Positions 56,134-64,000 of a stretch of 64,000 nt of DNA are shown in pieces. Within the stretch, counting starts at the first letter, position 1; the number at the start of each line of letters is the position of its first letter. A program made the translations under genes and the position numbers. The notes below the pieces were generated by a model. The model saw nothing but the letters and a program-made list of their open reading frames with translations. It was not told the DNA's origin and did not search any database. This stretch comes from Candidatus Pacearchaeota archaeon (lineage in GTDB: Archaea > Nanobdellota > Nanobdellia > Pacearchaeales > GW2011-AR1), in NCBI GenBank assembly GCA_023144035.1, contig JAGLGM010000001.1:65091-129090 (forward strand), in the 5' to 3' direction.

Positions 56134-57645
56134 ATGAATATAAAAAGATTAATTGAATCTTTAAGTCCTAATGAAAGAAAGATATTACCTTATCTTGAAG
56201 AAGAAATAAATTTAATCTGCGAAAAATCAGAATTAGACAATACTTCTGTATTAAGAGCCTTAGAATATCTTCAAAATAAAAAAATAATTGAACTAAACTT
56301 TGAAAAAAAGAAAACAGTTGAAATAGGAATTAATGGAAGTTTATACAAATCAAAAGGATTACCTGAAAGAAGACTTTTACATCTTTTAGATAAAAAACAT
56401 ATTATTTCTCTTTCAGAAGCTCAAAAAGAAAGTAAATTATCTAATGATGAATTTAAAGCTTCTTTAGGTGCTTTAAAGAAAAAAGCATTAATTGAACTAA
56501 AAAATGGAAAAATTTCTCTTAATGCTAACAAAGAAGAAATTTCTAAAAAAAGTTTTGAAGAATCTTTAATTGAATCTTTACCCTTAGATTATGAATCTTT
56601 ATCACCTGAACAAATTCATGGTTTAAAATCTTTAGAAAATAGAAAAGGAATTATCCAGATAAAAGAAATAAAAATTCCTCATATTAATATTACAAAATTA
56701 GGAAAAGAAATTTCAGAATCTAAAATAAAATCACAAAAACTTATTGAACAATTAACACCTGAAACATTAAAAAAAGATTCTTTATGGAAAGGAAAAAAAT
56801 TTAGAAGATATGACATCCTCTCGCCACTTCCTGCAATTTCTGGAGGAAAAAGACATTTTGTTAATCAATCTATAGATTATGCTAAAAAAATTTGGACAGA
56901 TATGGGTTTTAAAGAAATGTCAGGAAATTTAATTGTCAGTTCTTTTTGGAATTTTGATACTTTATTTACTGCTCAAGACCATCCTGTAAGAGAAATGCAA
57001 GACACTTTTTTTATTAACAAAGAAAAAGAACTTCCAGATAAAGAATTAGTTAAAGCGATTAAAGACAGCCATGAAAAAGGTGTTGCTGGAAGCAAAGGAT
57101 GGGAATATAACTGGGAAGAAAAACAAGCAAAAAAAGCAGTATTAAGAACACATACTACCTGCCTATCTTCTCAAACACTTGCAAAATTAAAAGAAAAAGA
57201 TCTTCCTGTAAAATTCTTTGCTTTAGGAAAATGTTTTAGAAATGAAACAGTTGATTGGAGCCATGGATTTGAATTTAATCAAACAGAGGGAATTGTAGTA
57301 GATAAAAATGCAAACTTTAGACATTTACTAGGATATTTAAAACAATTCTTTGATAAAATGGGCTTTAAAAAAATTAGAATGAGACCTGCTTATTTTCCTT
57401 ATACAGAACCTTCAGTAGAAATAGATGTTTGGCACCCAGAAAAAAGAGTTTGGCTGGAATTAGGAGGGGCAGGTATATTTAGACCAGAAGTAACAATTCC
57501 ATTATTAGGTAAAAACATTCCTGTGCTTGCTTGGGGTCCTGGATTTGATAGGATTTTAATGGATTATTATGAAATAAAAGACCTTAGAGAACTTTACAAA
57601 AATGATTTAAGTAAATTAAGAAAAATGAAAATTTGGGTGAAATAA
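56134..57645 (+). CDS. pheS: Phenylalanyl-tRNA synthetase alpha subunit (archaeal type)
   Basis: 503 aa. Class II motif 2 FRNETVDWSHGFEFNQTEG. Motif 3 GxGxGxxR-like GPGFDRILM. Confidence 0.9.
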   Translation: MNIKRLIESLSPNERKILPYLEEEINLICEKSELDNTSVLRALEYLQNKKIIELNFEKKKTVEIGINGSLYKSKGLPERRLLHLLDKKHIISLSEAQKESKLSNDEFKASLGALKKKALIELKNGKISLNANKEEISKKSFEESLIESLPLDYESLSPEQIHGLKSLENRKGIIQIKEIKIPHINITKLGKEISESKIKSQKLIEQLTPETLKKDSLWKGKKFRRYDILSPLPAISGGKRHFVNQSIDYAKKIWTDMGFKEMSGNLIVSSFWNFDTLFTAQDHPVREMQDTFFINKEKELPDKELVKAIKDSHEKGVAGSKGWEYNWEEKQAKKAVLRTHTTCLSSQTLAKLKEKDLPVKFFALGKCFRNETVDWSHGFEFNQTEGIVVDKNANFRHLLGYLKQFFDKMGFKKIRMRPAYFPYTEPSVEIDVWHPEKRVWLELGGAGIFRPEVTIPLLGKNIPVLAWGPGFDRILMDYYEIKDLRELYKNDLSKLRKMKIWVK

Positions 57646-59277
57646 ATGGCAATTATAACAATAAATAAAAATCAATTTGAAAAAGAAATAGGAAAGTTGG
57701 ATGAAAAAATGCAAGATAGAATTGCTATGTTTGGAACACCTATTGAAAATATAACAAATGAGGAACTTCAAATAGAAATATTTCCAAATAGACCAGATAT
57801 GCTTTCATATCAAGGATTTAAACGTTCTTTTTTAAGTTTTTTAGGGAAAAAAACAGGATTAAAAAAATATAAAATAAACAAACCTGAAAAAAACTATAAA
57901 GTAATTATAGATTCTTCTGTGAAAAATATTAGACCCTACACAACTTGTGCAATTGTTAAAAAATTAAAATTAGATGAAAATAAAATAAAAGAATTAATTG
58001 AAATTCAAGAAAAATTACATATCACAATTGGAAGAAAAAGAAAAAAAGTTGCAATAGGTATTTATCCCTTAGATAAAATAAAACTACCTATAACTTTCAA
58101 AGCTTTAGAACCTGACAAAATAAAATTTCTTCCTTTAGAAGCAGATAAAGAAATGTCTGGGCTACAAATTTTGCAAAAACATTCTGCTGGAAAAGATTAT
58201 GCACATCTTTTATCAGGAAAAGCTAAATTTCCTATTTTTATAGATTCAAATAAAAATATTTTAAGTATGCCTCCAATAATAAATTCCCATCTAACTGGAA
58301 AAATGACAGAAGATACAAAAGATATTTTTATAGAATGTTCTGGTTTTGATTTAAAAATTCTTAATAAATGTTTAAACATAATTGTAACAAGTTTAGCAGA
58401 TATGGGTGGAGAAATTTATTCTATGGAACTTAAATACAAAAGGAAACTAACAACTCCAAATCTAAATACAGAAAAAAGAAAGATTTCTTTAGAAAATACA
58501 AATAAATTATTAGGATTAAATCTTACTGAAAAACAATTGAAAAATCTAATTGAAAAAATGGGGCATGATTATTCAAAAGAAACTGTTGAAATTCCTGCGT
58601 GGAGAACAGATATTTTACATGAAGTTGATTTAATTGAAGATGTTGCAATTGCATATGGTTATGAAAACTTTATACCAGAAATTCCAGAAGTATCAACAAT
58701 TGGTCAAGAAAATCAAAGAGAAATAATAAAGAAAAAAATATCTGAACTTTTAATCGGATTAAATTTATTAGAAATTTCAAATTATCATTTAACAAATAAA
58801 AAAGACCAATTCAAAAATATGGGCTTTTCTGAAAAACAAGAAAAAGATTATATTGAAGTTGAAGAATCTAAAACAGATTACACAATACTAAGAAAAGATT
58901 TAACACATTATTTATTAAAAATACTCTCTCAAAATATTGATTCAGAATATCCTCAAAAAATCTTTGAAGTTGGAACAGTATTTAATCCAGATGAAAATGA
59001 AAAACTTGCCGTTGCATTAACTCCTGGAAACTTCACAGAAATTAGACAAGTTTTGGAATATGTTTCTAGAATGCTAAATTTAGATATTAAATTAAAAGAA
59101 ACAGAAAACACCCCAGATTATTTTATAGAAGGAAGAGTTGGTGAAATTACATTAGACAATAAACCAATAGGATTTATAGGTGAAATTCATCCAAAAATAT
59201 TAAAGAACTGGAAAATCAAAATGCCAGTTGCTCTTTTTGAAATAGACTTAGAAGGTGTTTTTGAAAAGTTGGAATAA
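57646..59277 (+). CDS. pheT: Phenylalanyl-tRNA synthetase beta subunit (archaeal type)
   Basis: 543 aa. B3/4 and B5-like regions. Immediately follows pheS. Confidence 0.85.
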   Translation: MAIITINKNQFEKEIGKLDEKMQDRIAMFGTPIENITNEELQIEIFPNRPDMLSYQGFKRSFLSFLGKKTGLKKYKINKPEKNYKVIIDSSVKNIRPYTTCAIVKKLKLDENKIKELIEIQEKLHITIGRKRKKVAIGIYPLDKIKLPITFKALEPDKIKFLPLEADKEMSGLQILQKHSAGKDYAHLLSGKAKFPIFIDSNKNILSMPPIINSHLTGKMTEDTKDIFIECSGFDLKILNKCLNIIVTSLADMGGEIYSMELKYKRKLTTPNLNTEKRKISLENTNKLLGLNLTEKQLKNLIEKMGHDYSKETVEIPAWRTDILHEVDLIEDVAIAYGYENFIPEIPEVSTIGQENQREIIKKKISELLIGLNLLEISNYHLTNKKDQFKNMGFSEKQEKDYIEVEESKTDYTILRKDLTHYLLKILSQNIDSEYPQKIFEVGTVFNPDENEKLAVALTPGNFTEIRQVLEYVSRMLNLDIKLKETENTPDYFIEGRVGEITLDNKPIGFIGEIHPKILKNWKIKMPVALFEIDLEGVFEKLE

Positions 59278-60516
59278 TCACTCTTCTTTATATTTTCCAC
59301 CCATCTCTCTTTTTATTTTTTTAACACTTTCATCAATATTATTTCTTAGTAAATTTAAATTTTTTCTTATATACTCTCCAGAATTAATAATTGTAGTTGC
59401 TTTTATTTGCATGGCATCAATATTTTTGAAATTATCTTCCATAGTATTTAACTCAGATGAAATTTTATCAAAATCTACACATTCCTCAGAACCAATAATT
59501 TCTTTAAGAGCAAAAAGTCTAGCAATACGATATGCGAAATATAAGTTATCTTCATCATAATAAGTTATAATATATTTATCAGTTATTTTAATAGGGCAAA
59601 GTTCCCGTGGCATTAAATCTCTTTTTGCAAAAAGGAAAATTCCAAAAACTGCATTTCTATTTTGTATTGCTTCATTTATTTCATCTATTGTTTTTTTAGT
59701 AGAATAACTTGAACTATCTTTACATTCTACAACAATCTTTTTCTTATTTTCAAGCTCTATTAATACATCTCCTTTTTTACTTCCAACACCAGATTTTTCT
59801 CCAATAAGTTCAATAGTATTTTCATAATAACTTGCTAAAGTTTGTAAAGTTGAATAAACTTCTTCTTCAAACTCAAATCCTTTTTCAGTTCCCCTTTGTT
59901 TTACTTCATCAATTGCACTTTTTTTCAACACTTCATCTCTAATATCTTTTATTTCTTTATCTCTCATATCATTTAATTTTTCTAATATTTGTTCTTTAAG
60001 ATATCTAGCAGGAGAATCTGTTTTATTTGAATCAAGTAACTCATGTAACTTCTTTTCATCCATTTCAGAATTTTTTCTTAATTCTTCAATTAAAAGAGAT
60101 AAAGCACTTTTTTTATTATCAATATTAAATGTTTCATCAATTATATTTCTTATTTGTCCTTTATCTTTATTAAAATATTCATCAATTAGTTCTTTCATTT
60201 GAAATAATGGACTTTGAGTATTACTTAAACTAAAAGTTGTATCAATTTTGTCATTAAAATTACATGTTTGCTTCTCAAATACTTCTTTTGCTTTAATTAT
60301 AAATTTATTAAATTCTTTTTCAACAAAATCTACATTTTCAGTTAAAACCATTTGTCTTAAACCTACACAACCAATAATTAATGCCTTTTTTGCCCAATCT
60401 TCTAAATTTTCTTTATCTTTTAAAAAATTATATACTTCTGGACTAGATATCTTTAAATTTTGAATAAGAATTTCTTCGTTCTCTTTATCAAGGATAATTT
60501 TATTGTCTTCTGCCAT
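59278..60516 (-). CDS. Hypothetical protein with coiled-coil N-region and PD-(D/E)xK nuclease-like C-terminal domain
   Basis: 412 aa. GFEFEEEVYSTL...GDVLIELENKKKIVVECKD fits the E...D-x(n)-E-x-K restriction-endonuclease-like core. Confidence 0.4.
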   Translation of the reverse strand: MAEDNKIILDKENEEILIQNLKISSPEVYNFLKDKENLEDWAKKALIIGCVGLRQMVLTENVDFVEKEFNKFIIKAKEVFEKQTCNFNDKIDTTFSLSNTQSPLFQMKELIDEYFNKDKGQIRNIIDETFNIDNKKSALSLLIEELRKNSEMDEKKLHELLDSNKTDSPARYLKEQILEKLNDMRDKEIKDIRDEVLKKSAIDEVKQRGTEKGFEFEEEVYSTLQTLASYYENTIELIGEKSGVGSKKGDVLIELENKKKIVVECKDSSSYSTKKTIDEINEAIQNRNAVFGIFLFAKRDLMPRELCPIKITDKYIITYYDEDNLYFAYRIARLFALKEIIGSEECVDFDKISSELNTMEDNFKNIDAMQIKATTIINSGEYIRKNLNLLRNNIDESVKKIKREMGGKYKEE

Positions 60517-60584
60517 ATTTTAAAGAAAAAATAAAACTATTTAAATATTTAGAAATCTCTATTTCAAGTATTAAATCTAATCAA

Positions 60585-61073
60585 TCACCCAAAATAATCT
60601 TTATTTTTAGATTCAGATTTATTATTGTCCCAATTATCATTTGCTTTTTTAATAATTCCTAATAAATCTTCTTTCATAGTCTGCCACATTAAATATGATT
60701 CTTTAATAAACAAAGCTTCTTTTTCTTCAGAATATTTTATATCTAATTCAATTAACTTAAGTTCATTTCTGGATAATTTTTTATAAATTTCAGTTAATTT
60801 ATCTTTTTCTCCATTTTCTAAAGATTTAATTAAAGAATAAATAAACATTTGAACATTAGTTGGATTTAAAATAGCTTCAACAAACCTCATATATGTTGAT
60901 AATTTATCAGCCATAAATCTTCTAATTTCTCTAATTAATAATTCTACTTCAATTTCTGAAGCTTTCTCAATATTAAAATCTTCATTAAGTTCTTCAAAGC
61001 TTGGTAAATTATATTTTCCTTGGATTTCACTATATTCTTGTTTTAGTGAATCTAAACCATATTTTCTTTCCAT
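60585..61073 (-). CDS. Hypothetical coiled-coil protein
   Basis: 162 aa. No family recognised. Confidence 0.35.
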   Translation of the reverse strand: MERKYGLDSLKQEYSEIQGKYNLPSFEELNEDFNIEKASEIEVELLIREIRRFMADKLSTYMRFVEAILNPTNVQMFIYSLIKSLENGEKDKLTEIYKKLSRNELKLIELDIKYSEEKEALFIKESYLMWQTMKEDLLGIIKKANDNWDNNKSESKNKDYFG

Positions 61074-61125
61074 CTTAAAGACTAAGAAGAAGTGTTTATA
61101 AATTTATAGAAAGTAAGATTATCAT

Positions 61126-61259
61126 GCCTGAATAGCTCAGTTTTGGTAGAGCACTACATTGGTAAGCGAAGGACACAAAGGTTTCCTACCGCACTACCTT
61201 CCTTTAAAATAGGTAAACCAAAAATGTAGAGGTCCTGAGTTCAAGTCTCAGTTCAGGCT
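61126..61259 (+). tRNA. tRNA-Thr (anticodon GGU) with ~59-nt intron
   Basis: Acceptor GCCTGAA/TTCAGGC+U. D-arm GCTC-AGTTTTGGTA-GAGC. Anticodon stem CTACA/TGTAG, loop TTGGTA|intron. T-arm CTGAG-TTCAAGT-CTCAG. Confidence 0.75.
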
Positions 61260-61525
61260 TATTTCTTCATTATCTTAAGAAACCACAAAATTAAAAGAAC
61301 AATTAAAAGAGCTACAGAAATAAATCCAAAAATTAATTTTGCAATTCCAAAGAAATTACTCCAAAGTTCATTTGATGTTACAAAACCTAACACTAAAAAT
61401 AAAATAAAAAAGATTAAGAAGAAAACAAGTCTTCTAAAAACCATCTCCAATTTCTTCTGATTATTAAGTCCTTTAGTAGATTTTGAAGAACTTTTCTTTT
61501 TACTCACCTTTTTTTTCTTCACCAT
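61259..61525 (-). CDS. Small membrane protein with Lys-rich N-terminus
   Basis: 88 aa. MVKKKKVSKKKSSSKSTKG... followed by two TM helices. Confidence 0.4.
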   Translation of the reverse strand: MVKKKKVSKKKSSSKSTKGLNNQKKLEMVFRRLVFFLIFFILFLVLGFVTSNELWSNFFGIAKLIFGFISVALLIVLLILWFLKIMKK

Positions 61526-61618
61526 TTTTTATTTCTAAAAAATGAACTTACCAAAACTTCTTGTTTTGAGTTCACCATTTTCTAAGATTATTAAGCTTAA
61601 TTAGTTTATAAATATTAC

Positions 61619-61936
61619 TCAGCTAGTAGAAGTTTCATTAATATGTTTCCAATCCATATCTATTGCATGTGTTGTAATTGTTTTTAAATTTCCAAATATA
61701 GAACCTAACCATGAAATATAAAGAGTACCAGCTTCTTTAACTCCTACAGGTGATTTAAAATCTATTTCTTCTCCTTTAAGAACTGCTGTAAAACTAAGAT
61801 AGGTAAATAATATTAAAAAAATTAAAAATATTGCAAATAACTTGTGTTTAAATCTCTTTACTTCTATTATAATCCACACAGCAATAATTAATACTGCTAC
61901 AATTAATAAGGTCACCCCAACTGCCATCACAAACAA
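61619..61936 (-). CDS. Small membrane protein
   Basis: 105 aa. Two TM helices. Confidence 0.4.
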   Translation of the reverse strand: MFVMAVGVTLLIVAVLIIAVWIIIEVKRFKHKLFAIFLIFLILFTYLSFTAVLKGEEIDFKSPVGVKEAGTLYISWLGSIFGNLKTITTHAIDMDWKHINETSTS

Positions 61937-61965
61937 AAGTTCAGAAACTATAAAAATCTTTCGAA

Positions 61966-61980
61966 TAATAGCCCTACCAG
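61966..61980 (-). repeat. 15-bp copy of the tRNA-Gln 3' end (CTGGTAGGGCTATTT on minus strand), 47 bp downstream of the gene
   Basis: Identical to 62026..62040. Separated from the tRNA by a 7-bp-stem hairpin tcgaacc-tt-ggttcga at 62013..62028. Confidence 0.6.
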
Positions 61981-62028
61981 TATCCTCGTTAGTTCTCGTG
62001 CCATTTGGTATCGAACCTTGGTTCGAAA

Positions 62029-62101
62029 TAGCCCTACCAGGATTCGAACCTGGGTCAACTGGCCCAGAACCAATTATATTTGACCACTATACTATAGGGC
62101 T
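62029..62101 (-). tRNA. tRNA-Gln (anticodon CUG), intronless
   Basis: Acceptor AGCCCTA/TAGGGCT+A with archaeal Gln-type A1:U72. D-arm GTAT-AGTGGTCAA-ATAT. Anticodon stem ATTGG/CCAGT, loop TTCTGGG. T-arm CCAGG-TTCGAAT-CCTGG. Confidence 0.7.
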
Positions 62102-62153
62102 ATATTTACATTATAATCAATAAATTTAAATATCTTTTCTCCTTTAAAAAAGA

Positions 62154-62405
62154 ATGAAAGAAAAAGAAATTGGAAAAGTTTCTAGCTTTTTTAGCCATGT
62201 TGGTGTTGCTGCCATAAAATTGACAAACAATTTAAAGGTCGGTGATAAAATTCACATAAAAGGGAGTACAACTGATTTTGAAGATGTAATTGGAAGTATT
62301 CAAATAGAAAGAAAAGAAGTTCAAAAAGCAGGAAGTGGAGACCATATTGGAATAAAAGTTCAAGAAAAAGTTAGACCAAATGATACAGTTTTCCTAGTTT
62401 CATAA
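62154..62405 (+). CDS. Small beta-barrel protein resembling EF-Tu/IF2 domain II
   Basis: 83 aa. VGDKIHIKGSTTDFEDVIGSIQIERKEVQKAGSGDHIGIKV is a typical translation-factor domain-2 barrel. Confidence 0.45.
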   Translation: MKEKEIGKVSSFFSHVGVAAIKLTNNLKVGDKIHIKGSTTDFEDVIGSIQIERKEVQKAGSGDHIGIKVQEKVRPNDTVFLVS

Positions 62406-62508
62406 AATTTAACAAAATTTTTAAGAAGAGTAAGAAATTCATAGAATTTTTTAGTGGAATAATTTAAAAAGATTTTTTATTTAATTTTTATATTGTTTAA
62501 TCAGGCGC

Positions 62509-62661
62509 GCCCCGATAGTTCAGTGGCCAAGAATGCCGCCCTCTCAAAAACTAAATAAGAAAGTATATCTTGTCTCGATGAGAGAAAAGATTTATGTATC
62601 TCAATACAACTTTCTTTTTTAGAGAACGGCGGTGACCCGAGTTCAAATCTCGGTCGGGGCG
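62509..62661 (+). tRNA. tRNA-Glu (anticodon CUC) with ~80-nt intron
   Basis: Exons near-identical to tRNA-Glu(UUC). GCCCCGATAGTTCAGTGGCCAAGAATGCCGCCCTCTCA|intron|...GGCGGTGACCCGAGTTCAAATCTCGGTCGGGGCG. Confidence 0.75.
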
Positions 62662-62675
62662 TTAGATTTGAACAA

Positions 62676-62731
62676 AATAGTTCAACGCCAAGAAGGCGCG
62701 AGTACCTGTTAACAGGATCCCGGCAGGGGCG
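62676..62731 (+). repeat. tRNA-Glu-like remnant: D-arm/anticodon-stem-like segment plus 3'-end-like cccggcaggggcgtt, no T-arm
   Basis: atagttcaacgccaagaaggcgcg resembles gatagttcagtggccaagaatgccgcc. Contains the palindrome CCTGTTAACAGG. Confidence 0.45.
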
Positions 62732-62741
62732 TTAATTTAAA

Positions 62742-63398
62742 ATGAACAAACAAGAAAAAATTCAAAAAAGTTTAAAGATTTTAAGTAAAATCTATTATAG
62801 TAATGAAAAAACTACTTTAAATCGTATGAGAAAAAAACCAGATGCTTTTAAAATTTTAATCTCTTGTTTACTTTCTTTAAGAACTCAAAATAAAAATACA
62901 AAAAAAGCTTCTACAAAATTATATCAAATTGCAAATACTCCTAAAGAAATTTCACAACTTCCAATTAAAAAATTAGAAAAGCTTATTTTTTCTTCAGGTC
63001 ACTATAAAAAGAAAGCAAGAATATTGCAATCTGTTTCAAAAGAACTAATTAAAAGATTTAATTCTAAAGTTCCTCACACAAAAGAAGAATTATTATCAAT
63101 AAAAGGAATTGGTCCAAAAACAGCAAATATTGTTTTAGCCTTTGCATTTAATAAAAATGTTATTCCTGTAGATACTCATGTTCATAGGATTCCAAATAGA
63201 CTTGGATGGATTAAAACAAAAACTCCAGAGCAAACAGAAACAAAACTTGAAAGAATATTACCTAAAAAGCACTGGAAAGAATTTAATGCTATTTTTGTAC
63301 AATTTGGTCAAACAATCTGTCAACCAATTTCTCCATGGTGTAGTAAGTGTCCAATAAGTAAATATTGTTCAAAAACCAATATAAATCATAGTAGATAA
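62742..63398 (+). CDS. nth: Endonuclease III (HhH-GPD DNA glycosylase with [4Fe-4S] cluster)
   Basis: 218 aa. HhH LLSIKGIGPKTANIVLAFAF. Catalytic VDTHVHRI. C-terminal Cx6Cx2Cx5C (CQPISPWCSKCPISKYC). Confidence 0.85.
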   Translation: MNKQEKIQKSLKILSKIYYSNEKTTLNRMRKKPDAFKILISCLLSLRTQNKNTKKASTKLYQIANTPKEISQLPIKKLEKLIFSSGHYKKKARILQSVSKELIKRFNSKVPHTKEELLSIKGIGPKTANIVLAFAFNKNVIPVDTHVHRIPNRLGWIKTKTPEQTETKLERILPKKHWKEFNAIFVQFGQTICQPISPWCSKCPISKYCSKTNINHSR

Positions 63399-63429
63399 TT
63401 TTATAAATCAATTTTCTCTTTCTTCAACT

Positions 63430-63546
63430 ATGAAAAGGAGCTCAAGACGTTGGAAAAAGAAAAGACAAATGCGTTGGAAGTGGCAACGTAAAAGACTTAA
63501 GAAAGAAAAGCGTAAAAGAAAAATGAGAAGAGCTAGGTCTAAATAA
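63430..63546 (+). CDS. rpl41e: 50S ribosomal protein L41e. Not in ORF track (38 aa)
   Basis: MKRSSRRWKKKRQMRWKWQRKRLKKEKRKRKMRRARSK. Arg/Lys/Trp-rich like archaeal L41e (RWKWxxKR). Confidence 0.6.
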   Translation: MKRSSRRWKKKRQMRWKWQRKRLKKEKRKRKMRRARSK

Positions 63547-63548
63547 TT

Positions 63549-63932
63549 CTATTTTATAACTTCAAAATCTACAGAATAATTTTCTGAAGGATTATTTTTA
63601 AAAACAGCAGTTATTCTATATTTTCCAGGACCATTTTCCCTTACTCTATCTATGAAATCAGGAGGAGAACTTGAAGCTATAACTCTACCTGTCCACCATC
63701 CAACTATTGCTTGTTTAGAGTCTATATTTGTACCTAATAATCTCCCATCTTCAGTATAACTTTTAAAAGTAACTTCTCCAATTACATTAGGAACATTTAA
63801 TCCAATTCTAAGAAATTCTTTATCTAAATTAAATACTTTTTTTCCTAAACCACTAAACTCATATGTTTCATATTTTTTATTCTTATTTACATCTTGCCAA
63901 TTATTATAAACAAAAAGCCCAGTAGGCTCCAA
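63549..63932 (-). CDS. Hypothetical protein, probably N-terminally incomplete (continues past the window end)
   Basis: The reading frame stays open upstream of the listed Met toward position 64000. Confidence 0.35.
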   Translation of the reverse strand: MEPTGLFVYNNWQDVNKNKKYETYEFSGLGKKVFNLDKEFLRIGLNVPNVIGEVTFKSYTEDGRLLGTNIDSKQAIVGWWTGRVIASSSPPDFIDRVRENGPGKYRITAVFKNNPSENYSVDFEVIK

Positions 63933-64000
63933 AAGACCATAATTAGGTTTAAGACCTGTAATCTCAAAATCCTTTATAAATATCTTTCCATTGGCTGTTT

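Noticed and set aside
62676-62731. Considered calling a sixth complete tRNA (the tRNA-Glu-like sequence after tRNA-Glu(CUC))
   Set aside because: It lacks a T-arm (no GTTCRAAT loop) and has no acceptor 5' strand complementary to its 3' end. Treated as a remnant/repeat instead.
1-64000. CRISPR arrays or cas genes
   Set aside because: No regularly spaced short direct repeats with unique spacers were seen. The only tandem repeats are intragenic (giant gene) or the short promoter boxes.

Overview
AT-rich (~27% GC) archaeal chromosomal segment. The gene content points to a small-genome DPANN-type archaeon. It carries archaeal r-proteins S28e, L7Ae and L41e, plus Kae1, Elp3 and archaeal-type ThrRS, TrpRS and PheRS alpha/beta. 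There are five tRNAs. Four of them carry canonical-position introns; one reads as tRNA-Ile(UAU) if the intron sits at the canonical 37/38 position (the alternative parse is noted in the findings). The ORF track accepts TTG/GTG starts, so several listed ORF starts are probably too far upstream. My own coordinates for non-ORF features may be off by 1-2 nt. The window is dominated by a single 15.6-kb gene (11151..26789, minus strand; 5212 aa). It encodes a signal-peptide-bearing, sequon-rich, highly repetitive fibre protein. It has YadA-head/Hep_Hag-like AIGYxAGxxNTG beta-roll repeats and a recurrent VGIGTxxPxNTLNVIGDGNFTG module. Its C-terminus is a phage tail-fibre/endosialidase-type intramolecular chaperone domain (Peptidase S74-like). 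Just downstream on the minus strand are a beta-propeller lipoprotein and a decayed paralog. Then comes an operon where an MNT-HTH and a HEPN gene are translationally coupled to a Cys-rich secreted protein. The rest of the window is an accessory-style landscape with at least seven type II toxin-antitoxin pairs (RelE/AbrB, PIN/RHH, MazF/AbrB, HEPN/MNT, RHH/MazF, RelE-like pair, MNT/HepT). Each has a palindromic operator immediately upstream of the antitoxin start. One PIN/RHH cassette is bracketed by 66-bp direct repeats that duplicate the 5' end of the neighbouring DUF192 gene. tRNA-Glu(UUC) is followed by two downstream copies of its 3' exon (44 bp and 16 bp), delimiting a ~2-kb integrated island. 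tRNA-Gln, tRNA-Glu(CUC) and tRNA-Ile also have adjacent partial self-copies. Housekeeping genes include YchF, a sugar nucleotidyltransferase, a GT-B glycosyltransferase, LemA-HtpX, PEP synthase with an unusual ~250-aa charged tail, UMP kinase, Nudix, endonuclease III, a ThiI-like PP-loop ATPase and a ferredoxin.
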